A stretch of DNA of 64,000 nt from Eubacteriales bacterium (GTDB lineage: Bacteria > Bacillota > Clostridia > Oscillospirales > CAG-272): positions 36,719 to 100,718 of the forward strand of contig JBGVHJ010000014.1 of assembly GCA_045122255.1 (NCBI GenBank). Reading direction: 5' to 3'. The notes under the pieces are model-generated. The model was not told the DNA's origin. It searched no databases and worked only from the letters and a program-made list of their open reading frames with translations. The position numbers and the translations under genes are program-made. Positions 38,992 through 49,600 of the stretch are shown here, piece after piece (within the stretch, counting starts at the first letter, position 1; every line of letters begins with the position of its first letter).

Positions 38992-39855
38992 TTATATCGG
39001 ATAACAAACGTATGCCTCTGCTCCGTTGCCGCGAAGTAGCTTTTCAACTTTTAAGGCATTGTCGATATTTTGGAAGATGCCGAAGACCGACGTTCCGCTG
39101 CCGCTCATCATGGATGCTATTGCACCGTTTTCTGTCATAGTGCTTTTTAATTCTGTAACGCATACACGCTCTGGCTCAACAACGGTCTCAAAAATGTTGA
39201 AAAGCCCACTGCAAAATGATCCGATATCGTTATTTTGATCCGAAATCAGTATAATATTACATTTATCTTCCCGAGGGTGGTAGTTTTCGAATTTATTGAA
39301 TTTGACGTCAAGCGCGCGATAGGCGGCGGGGGTAGACATTCCCTCGCCCTTTTTTGCAACTACAATTGGGAATTCAGGCATGGAAGGAACAGGTGTCATT
39401 ATCTCTCCGATACCTTCAACAAGACAAGCACCGCCTTTTATACAGAAAGGCACGTCTGCACCGAGTTTTGCTCCGAGATCACACAATTCCTCGGTTGAGA
39501 GCGGTTTATCGCAAAGAGAGTTGAGCGCGATAAGAGCTGCGGCGGCGTCGGCGCTTCCTCCGGCAAGGCCCGCAGACATGGGGATGCGCTTTTCGATGTG
39601 AATCTCAATATTTCCGCATATCGGGAAAATATCAGCCGCCTTATATGCCAGATTTTTTGCATCACATGGGATTTCGGGCTTATCGCAGGTAAGAGATATG
39701 CTCTTATTTTTATTTGGAGAATATGAAACGGTAACCGTGTCGTGCAGATCGATTCTCTGCATAATGCTGAGGATGTTATGGTAGCCGTCGTCTCTTATTG
39801 ATCTTATATCGAGAAATAAATTTATTTTGGCGTAGCCGGGGACCGAAACCGTCAT
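38992..39855 (-). CDS. ispE: 4-diphosphocytidyl-2-C-methyl-D-erythritol kinase
   Basis: AKINLFL, IPMSAGLAGGSADAA, GADVPF and MSGSG motifs. Confidence 0.95.
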   Translation of the reverse strand: MTVSVPGYAKINLFLDIRSIRDDGYHNILSIMQRIDLHDTVTVSYSPNKNKSISLTCDKPEIPCDAKNLAYKAADIFPICGNIEIHIEKRIPMSAGLAGGSADAAAALIALNSLCDKPLSTEELCDLGAKLGADVPFCIKGGACLVEGIGEIMTPVPSMPEFPIVVAKKGEGMSTPAAYRALDVKFNKFENYHPREDKCNIILISDQNNDIGSFCSGLFNIFETVVEPERVCVTELKSTMTENGAIASMMSGSGTSVFGIFQNIDNALKVEKLLRGNGAEAYVCYPI

Positions 39856-40061
39856 ATATCCTATCCTTTCGACAAATATTGATATTTTTATAATTATATA
39901 CCTTAGTTGTTATAATTTTGTGAATAAAGATATTTTTTATAAATTTATATTTGGAAATGTGTTGGCGACCTATTGACTTATAAGGCAAAAAGGATTATAA
40001 TATATAATGAAATATTATGTGTAACCGTACTGTGGTTACAGTATTAAAACAGAGGTTAAAA

Positions 40062-41906
40062 ATGAACGACAACAATGTAAAAAAAGGTGGAATATCTGTT
40101 GAGACGTCTCACATATTCCCTATTATTAAAAAATGGCTTTATTCCGAAAAGGATATCTTTTTGCGCGAAATAGTTTCAAATGCGACCGATGCTGTTACAA
40201 AGCTTCGCCGTCTCTCTTCTCTCGGTCAGTATGACGGAGGCGACGAGGAATATGCGGTCAAGGTCACGCTTGACAAAGAGGCGAAGACCATCACGGTTTC
40301 CGACAACGGTATAGGTATGACCGCTGAGGAGCTTGAGAAATATATCTGCTCTATCGCTCTTTCGGGAGCTCTTGACTTCATTCAGAAATATGATGAGGAT
40401 GCGCAGAATAACGGTATTATCGGACATTTCGGACTCGGCTTTTATTCTTCGTTTATGGTATCCGACACTGTCGAGGTAATTACCAGATCCTATAACGGAG
40501 ACGGTGCTCTTCGTTGGGTATGCAACGGCGCGGGCGAATATGAGATCGAAGGCGCGGAAAGAGATACCCACGGTACCGACATTATAATGCATATTTCCGA
40601 AGAGGAAGAGGCATATCTCAACGAGTCTAAGATCAAAGAGATACTTGATAAGTATTGCGCATTTATGTCAGTCAATATTTTCTTTGATTCTATCGGCGAA
40701 GAGGATAATGCTGATAAAGCGAATGACGTCTCTCCCATTAACGATACCACTCCTCTTTGGTTAAAGAATGCATCGGATTGTACCGACGAGGAATATGCGG
40801 ACTTTTATAAAAAAGTTTTCCGTGATTTCAAGGAGCCTCTTTTCCATATCCATATCAACGCGGATTATCCCCTTAACTTCAAGGGTATCCTCTATTTCCC
40901 TGCAAGACTTAACGATTACGAATCCTATGAAGGACAGGTAAAGCTCTTCTATAACCAGGTCTTCGTAGCCGATGATATCAAAGAAGTAATTCCCGATTTT
41001 CTGCTTATGCTCAAGGGTGTGCTTGATTGCCCTGAATTGCCCTTGAACGTATCGAGAAGCTATCTCCAGGATAATGCATACGTAAAGAAGGTATCTGCAC
41101 ATATCGTAAAGAAGGTTGCCGACAAGATATGCTCTCTTTGCAACAACGATCGTGAGAAATATGAAAAGATCTGGAGCGAGCTGAAGATATTCTTCGAGTA
41201 TGCCGCGCTTCGCGACAAAAAGTTCTATGACAGAGTTAAAAAATGCTATCTTCTTGAGCTTACCGACAGTAGCTTTATGACCGTAGAGGAATATCTTGCC
41301 AATTGTGAAGAAAAGCACGAGGGCGAGGTATATTATGCAACCGACAAGGCTCTTCAGGCGCAGTATATCTCTATGCTTGAATCCGAGGGCGTCAAGGTAG
41401 CTCTGCTTTCACATCAGCTTGATACTCAGTTCATTTCAATGTGTGAGATGAACGATAGCGATATAAAGTATAAGCGCATCGACTCCGACATTTCCGATAT
41501 ACTCAAGGGAGATGGAACTGCCGTGGAAAATGCCGCGCTTACTACCCTTTTCAGGGAAGCTGTAGGCAATGAAAAGCTTGAAGTCGAATTTGAGATGCTT
41601 AAAGATGACAGCGTTCCCGCGCTTCTCACTCTTTCCGAGGAATCCCGAAGGATGGAGGATATGATGAAGATGTATGCAAGCATGGGAATGGGCATGGGCG
41701 AGATGCCGCTTGAGTATACTCTCGTGCTCAATGCTTCGTCTCCTCTTATAAATAAGCTTTCCGCTATTATTGAAGGTGATAATGATAAGGCGAAGCTTAT
41801 TGCAAGCGAGATCTACCGCCTGGCTCTTATTTCGCAGAGACATATGACTGCCGACGAGATGAAGGCATTCCTCTCCAACAGCTTCAAGATACTGGGTATG
41901 CTCTGA
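40062..41906 (+). CDS. htpG: Hsp90 chaperone HtpG
   Basis: FLREIVSNA, DNGIGM, IGHFGLGFYS and LPLNVSRS motifs. Confidence 0.96.
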   Translation: MNDNNVKKGGISVETSHIFPIIKKWLYSEKDIFLREIVSNATDAVTKLRRLSSLGQYDGGDEEYAVKVTLDKEAKTITVSDNGIGMTAEELEKYICSIALSGALDFIQKYDEDAQNNGIIGHFGLGFYSSFMVSDTVEVITRSYNGDGALRWVCNGAGEYEIEGAERDTHGTDIIMHISEEEEAYLNESKIKEILDKYCAFMSVNIFFDSIGEEDNADKANDVSPINDTTPLWLKNASDCTDEEYADFYKKVFRDFKEPLFHIHINADYPLNFKGILYFPARLNDYESYEGQVKLFYNQVFVADDIKEVIPDFLLMLKGVLDCPELPLNVSRSYLQDNAYVKKVSAHIVKKVADKICSLCNNDREKYEKIWSELKIFFEYAALRDKKFYDRVKKCYLLELTDSSFMTVEEYLANCEEKHEGEVYYATDKALQAQYISMLESEGVKVALLSHQLDTQFISMCEMNDSDIKYKRIDSDISDILKGDGTAVENAALTTLFREAVGNEKLEVEFEMLKDDSVPALLTLSEESRRMEDMMKMYASMGMGMGEMPLEYTLVLNASSPLINKLSAIIEGDNDKAKLIASEIYRLALISQRHMTADEMKAFLSNSFKILGML

Positions 41907-42868
41907 TGGGACTTATATACTCTGATATTCCAGAGCTTGAGGGCAGCAATACCGAAATCGCGCTCGCTAATCTGTCTTCCCTTGAGCTTTCCCTTGAGGA
42001 GCTTATAGAAAAGCGTATGGCGCACCTTTCTGAGCTTTCGGATGCAATTTTGCAGGACGGAGGCGATCCCGACGTTATAAAGAGTATTTTCCTGTCTATA
42101 AAATCCGAGGGAAATGCCGATTCGGGCAACGTTATTGAGGAAAACCGCCACGTCGCGGATGTGATGTTTTCGAAGCTTTCGTTGATTGAAAGGCTTGCGG
42201 TATTTAAGGAAACCTTTTCTAAAATGAGCTCGGAAAAGCGAAAATTTTTCAAACAGTATTGGAACAGTGCAGACGTTTTGGCAGATGACGAATCGACCGA
42301 TAGGATAGCATATCTTAAGAATTCATATAACGATATGGCATATATGCAGTTTGCTTCCCTTCTGAATTCACCGCGCGCGGCATACTTTAACAGTATTACC
42401 GACGTGTGTGAAAGCGTTTACAACGGGAGCTGCGAGTATTGTATTTTGCCCGTTGAAACTATGGAGGATGGAAAATTGTTGTCCTTCTACGAGCTGATAC
42501 TGAAATACGGTTTTAATATCTGCTCCGTTTATGAGCTGAGAAGCGATAAAGGATTTACCCGTTATGCTTTGATAGGCAGAAATTTTGACCTGAGAAATGC
42601 AGGAATAAAATCCAAGGCGCGCAATCGATATCTTGAATTCGTGGTGTCTGAGAACGACTCAATATCCGATATTCTGATCGCCGCCGAGTTTTGCGGCTTG
42701 AAGCTGAGAAGGATCGACACCTTAAACGTGAGTCTGGATAAGAATTCAAAGGGCGCTTACATCTGTCCCGAATTCAGGGTTGACGGATCGGATCTTCAGA
42801 CATTTTTAGCTTTTTTGGCAATTGATATTTCGGGAATCATTCCCGTTGGGCTTTATATGCAGATATAA
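41906..42868 (+). CDS. Degenerate prephenate dehydratase-like protein with ACT-like C-terminus
   Basis: RIAYL, VCESV...YCILPVE and TRYALI motifs; central PDT subdomain appears to be missing. Confidence 0.6.
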   Translation: MGLIYSDIPELEGSNTEIALANLSSLELSLEELIEKRMAHLSELSDAILQDGGDPDVIKSIFLSIKSEGNADSGNVIEENRHVADVMFSKLSLIERLAVFKETFSKMSSEKRKFFKQYWNSADVLADDESTDRIAYLKNSYNDMAYMQFASLLNSPRAAYFNSITDVCESVYNGSCEYCILPVETMEDGKLLSFYELILKYGFNICSVYELRSDKGFTRYALIGRNFDLRNAGIKSKARNRYLEFVVSENDSISDILIAAEFCGLKLRRIDTLNVSLDKNSKGAYICPEFRVDGSDLQTFLAFLAIDISGIIPVGLYMQI

Positions 42869-42910
42869 TTTTTAATTAAAAAGAATATAATTTTGAAAGG
42901 AAGTATAATT

Positions 42911-43162
42911 ATGGAACACATTACTTACACTACTAAAGGCACTTGCTCCCGTCAGATCGACATCGATATTGAAAACGGCGTGATCGTTGAAGCAAAATTT
43001 ACCGGCGGATGCTCGGGTAACACTCAGGGCGTTGCGGCTCTCGTTAAGGGTATGACCGTTGAGGAGGCTATTAAGAGACTCAAGGGTATTCATTGCGGTC
43101 CTCGTCCCACCTCTTGTCCTGACCAGTTAGCCCTTGCTCTCGAACAGGCTAAGAACGCATAA
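42911..43162 (+). CDS. TIGR03905 family TSCPD-domain protein
   Basis: GTCS, GGCSGN and CGPRPTSCPDQLA motifs. Confidence 0.92.
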   Translation: MEHITYTTKGTCSRQIDIDIENGVIVEAKFTGGCSGNTQGVAALVKGMTVEEAIKRLKGIHCGPRPTSCPDQLALALEQAKNA

Positions 43163-43215
43163 AACATAAGATTTATTTGCTTATTTTTAAAAATTATTGA
43201 AAGGATTATTTTTCA

Positions 43216-44928
43216 ATGACTTACCTTGAAAACTATAACCTTTGGTTGAATTCTCCCGTGCTTACCGAAGCGGAAAAACAGGAGCTCCGCGATATTGCTG
43301 ACAATGACGAAGAGCTCCAGATAAGATTTACCTCGGGCCTTACCTTCGGTACTGCAGGCCTTCGCGGAACAATGAAGACCGGTATGAATGCGATGAACGT
43401 TTATACCGTTGCTCAGGCAACCCAGGGTCTTGCTACTCTTATTCATAAGGAAGGCAGAGCGGCTGACGGTGTTGCCATCGCATACGATTGCCGCAACAAC
43501 TCCGAATTGTTTGCCAAGGTTTCCGCAGAGGTTTTAGCGGCGGCAGATATTCCCGTTTACATTTTCGACGCTCTCCGTCCTACTCCCGAGCTTTCCTTTG
43601 CTCTCCGTGAGCTTAAGTGCGTTGCGGGTATAAATATAACCGCTTCTCACAATCCCAAGCAGTATAACGGTTATAAGGCTTATTGGGAAGACGGCGCGCA
43701 GCTTCCCCCCGAGCACGCTAACACCGTTTATGAGGAGATCTGCAAGATCGATATTTTCAACGACGTAAAGAGAGTTGATTTTGACGCGGCGGTTGCCGAG
43801 GGCAAGATCAAGATCCTCGGTGCTGAAATGGATGAGCTTTATCTTGCAGAGGTTCAGGCGCAGGCGGTCAATCCCGACGCGGTCAAGGCGGTTGCAGATG
43901 AGCTTAAGATCGTTTACACTCCCCTTCACGGTACGGGTCACAAGCTTATCCCCGAAATACTTGCAAGAACCGGAATCAAGCATCTTTACAAGGTCGAGGA
44001 GCAGTTCGTTATCGACGGCGACTTCCCCACCGTTTCAAAGCCCAATCCCGAGTATGCAGAGGTATTTGACCTTGGTATCGCTATCGCAAATAACGTAGGA
44101 AGCAATCTTGTAGTTGCTACCGACCCCGATGCTGACCGCGTTGGCGTTGTTGCAAGAACAAAGGACGGAAGCTTCAAGACCATCACGGGCAACCAGATGG
44201 GCGCGCTTCTTATCGATTATATCATCACCGCTTACGAGGAGACCGGCACTATGCCCGATCAGCCCTACGTGGTCAAGTCGATAGTTTCCTCGGAGCTTGC
44301 TACAAAGATTTGTGAGGCGCATAACGTAGAGATGTTCAACGTGCTGACCGGCTTTAAGTTTATCGGTGAGGTCATCAAGAACCACGAGGCAAGCGGCGAA
44401 GGCTCTTACATCTTCGGTTTTGAGGAGAGCTACGGCTACCTGAAGGGTACTTACGCCCGCGATAAGGATGCGGTTGTTGCAACTATGCTTATCTGCGAGA
44501 TGACCGCATACTATCACGCTAAGGGTATGACTCTTTACGATGCTCTTGAAGGTCTTTACGAAAAGTACGGCTTCTGCCTTGAGAGAAACGTTGAGATATA
44601 TATGGAAGGCATTGACGGTCCTGCTAAAATGGCGGCTCTGCTTGACGGTATGAGAAAGAACACTCCGGCGTCTCTGGGCGGTGTTAAGGTCGTTACATTT
44701 GGCGACTATAAGGCGCAGACCTTTACAAGCGTTGAGACCGGCGAGAAGACCTCTACGGGTCTCCCTGCATCCAACGTTCTTTCCTTCAAGCTCGAAAACG
44801 GCGACGTTGTTATCGTCCGTCCCTCCGGCACCGAGCCTAAGGTTAAATTCTACTTTATGGTCTCCGCCGCAGATCAGGAAACCGCGCTTGCTAATATTGA
44901 GGCATATAAGAAGACGCTTAATATCTAA
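43216..44928 (+). CDS. pgm: Phosphoglucomutase/phospho-sugar mutase
   Basis: FGTAGLRG, TASHNP, DPDADR, EES and RPSGTEPK motifs. Confidence 0.93.
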   Translation: MTYLENYNLWLNSPVLTEAEKQELRDIADNDEELQIRFTSGLTFGTAGLRGTMKTGMNAMNVYTVAQATQGLATLIHKEGRAADGVAIAYDCRNNSELFAKVSAEVLAAADIPVYIFDALRPTPELSFALRELKCVAGINITASHNPKQYNGYKAYWEDGAQLPPEHANTVYEEICKIDIFNDVKRVDFDAAVAEGKIKILGAEMDELYLAEVQAQAVNPDAVKAVADELKIVYTPLHGTGHKLIPEILARTGIKHLYKVEEQFVIDGDFPTVSKPNPEYAEVFDLGIAIANNVGSNLVVATDPDADRVGVVARTKDGSFKTITGNQMGALLIDYIITAYEETGTMPDQPYVVKSIVSSELATKICEAHNVEMFNVLTGFKFIGEVIKNHEASGEGSYIFGFEESYGYLKGTYARDKDAVVATMLICEMTAYYHAKGMTLYDALEGLYEKYGFCLERNVEIYMEGIDGPAKMAALLDGMRKNTPASLGGVKVVTFGDYKAQTFTSVETGEKTSTGLPASNVLSFKLENGDVVIVRPSGTEPKVKFYFMVSAADQETALANIEAYKKTLNI

Positions 44929-44940
44929 TACTATAAAGTT

Positions 44941-44980
44941 ACCGCCGAGAGATGCACTAAGGCTTCTCTCGGCGGTGTGT
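44941..44980. terminator. Terminator hairpin (copy 1 of a related pair)
   Basis: ACCGCCGAGAG/CTCTCGGCGGT. Confidence 0.75.
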
Positions 44981-44995
44981 TTATACTATGCTTTC

Positions 44996-46546
44996 TTAAA
45001 GATAAATATAAGCACCAATAGTTTTGATTGTATTGTCATCGTATTTAAGCCACCCATCGAGTATAGCTTGCTCGACAACATATCCTCTTTCTATGTCAGG
45101 AGCCTGCTTGAATAAACTGTAAATTTCATCCCTCAATGAAGTCAGCTTTTTGCTTAATTGTTCATTATTCGTTTTTTCTGCATTTCTATCAAAAATTACA
45201 ACATTGGGAATGATAATAGTGCCGTCCTTTTTCAGATAGCCATATTCAAGCATCCTTTCAAGATAAGATTTCTCACATGCCTCAATACGCCCGCTGCAAA
45301 CCAACCATAGCGTATATGCTTCTTTCCAACTCAAATTAAGCGGAGTTTTTTCGCAGATGTTATTATATCGAAACTTAAATTGCGAGAAGTCTATATCCTT
45401 TTTTATTTCATTCACATCATGTGAATGATATCCGTGTTGTCCTACAAAATCAGGCTGCTTCCAATCAATAGTTTCATATCCTATTAACTCCCAATCACCA
45501 TCATCAGGTCGTGTGGGATATGAATTTCTGTATTCTACAGAAGTATGATTCGCTGTATTGGCTGCCCACTTTAACCAATCAAATGCACGTACGATCAAAG
45601 TCCATTTAGCCGCTTCATATCCCACGTAATCATAATTGACTTTTGATCCATCCTCATTAATATAAGTATCAATCAACTCGCAAATTTTGTCCGTCAAAGT
45701 TTTCTGAATGTTTTTGTTGTTATCATATTTTTTGCGCTGTTCTTCTTTGCTGACTATTTTAAATGCCGTTTGATACTTATTTTCGCTCTTGACAAGCAGC
45801 TGTTCACGAGTCAAAAATTCAAGCTCATCTTCCATATAAGGCAAAGCCATGCCTATCTCAAGTGCCAGTTCCTCGGCGGTTTGCGGATTTTCGTATGTCT
45901 CAAGGAAAATATTTTTATATAACAAATGCGTGATAATAGACCAAGGCTGTCCTTTCTTTCCGTCCCTACCGTTCATAACAAAAGTTATTTGCTCGGGATT
46001 ATAACTGCGTTTTCCAAATTCTCTTGCCATATCCATACCTTCTTTCAAAATTTGTCTTGCACGGAAAAGCTTTGATTTAACCGTGCTTTCGGAAAGCGAC
46101 AAAGAAGATGCAATTTCACGAATATTTTTGTTTTCTATGTAATAGGCAACGACTATATTGCGGTAATCACTTTTGATGAACGCCAGCTCTCGCCGAAGAA
46201 GAGCCAATTGCTCCTTGTGAACAAGTTCCTCAAGGATATTTTCGCTTTCGTCCTCTATTTCATAGTCTTCGATATGGTCACCGGTTACCATGTCGTTCCG
46301 ACTATGTTTTTTCTTTGCCCAAAGCGCGTAGCGGTTTCGTGCGATCTGCCATACCCACGCCGAAAAGCTCGTTGGAATCGTGCCTCTATTCAGCGCAGTG
46401 ATGATCTGAAGAGCTATGTCTTGTGTCAGATCCTCTGCTTCAATATGACTTCCCGTCTTTTTTAGGCAGAAGTAAAACAGCTTTTCCATATAGTTTTCGG
46501 CAAATTCATTCATAAGCCGATCGCGCATAGCATTCGTTTCTTGCAT
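44996..46546 (-). CDS. ECF sigma-70 factor with a long (~340 aa) C-terminal extension
   Basis: AEDLTQDI, FSAWVWQIARN and EIASSLSLSESTVKSKLFRAR motifs; AGGAGG RBS. Confidence 0.88.
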   Translation of the reverse strand: MQETNAMRDRLMNEFAENYMEKLFYFCLKKTGSHIEAEDLTQDIALQIITALNRGTIPTSFSAWVWQIARNRYALWAKKKHSRNDMVTGDHIEDYEIEDESENILEELVHKEQLALLRRELAFIKSDYRNIVVAYYIENKNIREIASSLSLSESTVKSKLFRARQILKEGMDMAREFGKRSYNPEQITFVMNGRDGKKGQPWSIITHLLYKNIFLETYENPQTAEELALEIGMALPYMEDELEFLTREQLLVKSENKYQTAFKIVSKEEQRKKYDNNKNIQKTLTDKICELIDTYINEDGSKVNYDYVGYEAAKWTLIVRAFDWLKWAANTANHTSVEYRNSYPTRPDDGDWELIGYETIDWKQPDFVGQHGYHSHDVNEIKKDIDFSQFKFRYNNICEKTPLNLSWKEAYTLWLVCSGRIEACEKSYLERMLEYGYLKKDGTIIIPNVVIFDRNAEKTNNEQLSKKLTSLRDEIYSLFKQAPDIERGYVVEQAILDGWLKYDDNTIKTIGAYIYL

Positions 46547-46646
46547 TTTCTCGCCTCCTTTCACCCATATAGTGTGCTGCGTTTGAATTTGGTTGCAGAC
46601 TTTATTGATATTTTATCACAAAAATTTGTTTTTGTCTATATAAAAT

Positions 46647-46686
46647 GCCGAGAGCGACTAAACAGTTACTCTCGGCGGTGTTTTTT
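46647..46686. terminator. Terminator hairpin after dnaE (copy 2)
   Basis: GCCGAGAG/CTCTCGGC. Confidence 0.65.
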
Positions 46687-49600
46687 ATTTAATTACCACG
46701 TTATCCTCTCCGATAATTCCCTTCAATTCCTTTATGGCGTACTCTGAATAATACATTCTCTCGCTATATTCGGAATACTTTGCCGTGGAGGAATCATAGA
46801 AAATAACGGTGACTGTTCCCTCGTTGAAGATATCCACCATATTCTTGGCTTTTTTGAATACCTCGCCCGACATATCGGGAACGCGAAGGTATATCTTCTG
46901 AGGTGTTGCGGTGGCTTCTTTTGGAGTGGTCACGCTCGTGGGGGCGATAGCTTTGGGTGCGGTTTTCGGTGCAGGCTGCTGCGCCGCGCTTCCGGTTGCC
47001 ATACCGTACATCGAAAGATACATATTTATCATATCGGGAGCTCCGGTATTTTGCGCAGGTGCTTCGACAGTAGTGTCGGTTTGAGCCTTGGTCAATTCTT
47101 CGGGCTTGCCTTTTGGGGCGCTGTGCTCAACGTATCTCTCGTTTTCGATAAGAGGTGTGATATTGTTGATCAAAATCTTTGGCTCGTCGTCATCCTTGAT
47201 AGAAACCGTTCCCTCGACGTAGATAGCGCTATCAACGATTATATCAGGATAAAACTCGTTATATTTCTTCGGGAAAACTATGCATTCCACCTCGCCGAAC
47301 TTGTCCTCAAGGTTGAAGAAAGCCATTCGGTCGTCGTTCTTAGTAGTTTTCAGCGAAACCGAGCTTATAATGCCCACCAGCTTAACCTTATCCTTGTCGG
47401 AGTAGATAAGCTCGCCGTCATCGCTCTTTTCGCAGAGCTCTGCGGTGGTGATACTGTCAAGTGCTTCAACGTGCTTCGAGTAATTATCAAGCATATGACC
47501 CGAAAAATACATTCCCGAGGCATCCTTCTCCATCAGAAGCTTTTCTCTTATTCCGTATTCGGGAATATCCGGATAATCAAAGCTCGGTACGTCGAAGCTA
47601 CCCATTCCCATCGAAAACATATCCATTTGTCCTGCAGGATTATTTCTGCTCTTCTGCTGAACGTTATCGATGATCGTTTCGTAAGATGCAAGCAGCTGTG
47701 AGCGGAAAAGCCCAAGACCGTCAAACGCGCCGCATTTTATAAGAGCCTCGACTTGGCGCTTGTTGAGGTCGGTGACCGCGCTCATACGCTCAACGAAATT
47801 ATCAAAGGAGGTAAATCTTCCGCCGCCCTGTCGCTCATTGATGATAGCTTCAAGCATCTGTTTTCCAACGTTTTTGAGGGCTAACATACCGAAACGTATG
47901 TTGCCGTTTTCTCTATCGGTAGCAAAGGTTACACGGCTTCCGTTTATATCGGGCGGCAATACCGAGATGCCGAATTTTGAGCATTCGTTTATATATTCCA
48001 CGCTCTTGACCTGATTGCCCAGCACGCTGGTAAGAAGAGCCGCCATATACTCTGCGGTATAGTGTGCCTTAAGGTAAGCGGAGCGGTAGCTTATGACCGC
48101 GTAAGCGGCGGCATGAGCCTTGTTGAAGGCATAGTTTGCGAAGCTTGCCATATCGTCAAAGAGCTTTTCGGCTTTTGCCTTGTCAATGCCCTTTTCATTA
48201 GCACCCGAGATGAATTGCTCTCTTTCTGCCTCAAGCACGTCCGCCTTTTTCTTGGACATAGCGCGGCGCACAATGTCCGCATGCCCGTAGGTATAACCCG
48301 CAACGGTTCGGAAGATGCTCATGACCTGCTCCTGATACACGGTACAGCCGTAGGTGGAGCGAAGTATAGGCTCAAGCTCGGGAAGATCGTATACGACCTT
48401 TGAGGGATCGTGACGGCACTCGATGAACCTTGGTATCGAGTCCATAGGACCGGGACGGTAGAGCGAAATGACCGAGATTATATCGTCGATACATTCGGGA
48501 CGAAGATTTTGAAGCACCTGCTTCATTCCCGCGGATTCAAGCTGGAAAACGCCTGCGGTTTCGCCCTTTGAGATCAACTCAAAGGTCTTTTTATCGTCAA
48601 AGGGTATCTTTTCTATATCAAAATCGGGCTCAAATTCCTTTATCTGAAGCTGAGCGTCATTTATTATAGTGAGATAGCGCAAAGCCAAAAAGTCGAATTT
48701 GAGAAGTCCCAGATCGGCTATGGTGTCCATATCGAACTGAGTTACCAGCGTGCCGTTGCTTACCGAGAGCGGTACGTATTCCGAAATAGGCTTGTCCGTG
48801 ATTACCACACCTGCCGCGTGCACAGAGATGTTTCTCGGCATTCCTTCGAGGGATATAGCTGTGTCGACAAGCTTTTTGAACTGCTCCGAGCCCTCGTAAA
48901 GAGTCTTTAATTCGGGAAAACGGAGCGCGTTCTTTAAGGTTATGCCAAGCTCTTGGGGTATAGCCTTCGCTACCGCGTCAACGTCGGAGTAAGACATTCC
49001 CATAGCACGACCGCAATCTCTTACAGCCGCCTTTGCCGCAAGAGTACCGAAGGTGATTATTTGAGATACGTGCTCTCTGCCGTATTTGCGCGTGACGTAT
49101 TCAATTACCTCGTCGCGTCGGTTGTAGCAGAAGTCCATATCAATATCGGGCATGCTGACTCTTTCGGGGTTAAGAAAACGTTCGAAAAGCAGATCAAATT
49201 TGATCGAGTCAATGTCCGTAATGCCCAAAAGATAGGCAACAAGGCTACCGGCACCCGAGCCACGTCCGGGGCCTACGGGGATATCGGCGTTTTTCGCAAA
49301 TCCTACGTAGTCCTGAACGATAAGAAAATAGTCGGCATAGCCCATTGTATTTATAACCGAAAGCTCGTAATCAATGCGCTCTCTGTATGCGTTTTCATCG
49401 TTGTGAGATTCACTACCGAAGACAAGATGACCGTTCTTTATTCTGCGCTCAAGTCCTGCAAGCGTAAGCTGTCGCAGATAGTCTTCAGCTGAAAGACGGT
49501 TAGGACACGGGAATTTTGGCAAGAACACCTTGTCGAATTCTAGCTCAAGCTGACACATATCCGCGATTTTGACGGTATTCTCTATCGCGCCCTCGTACTC

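Noticed and set aside
46900-47125. Low-complexity Ala/Pro/Thr insert near the DnaE C-terminus as an intein
   Set aside because: No intein terminal motifs; it looks like a flexible linker
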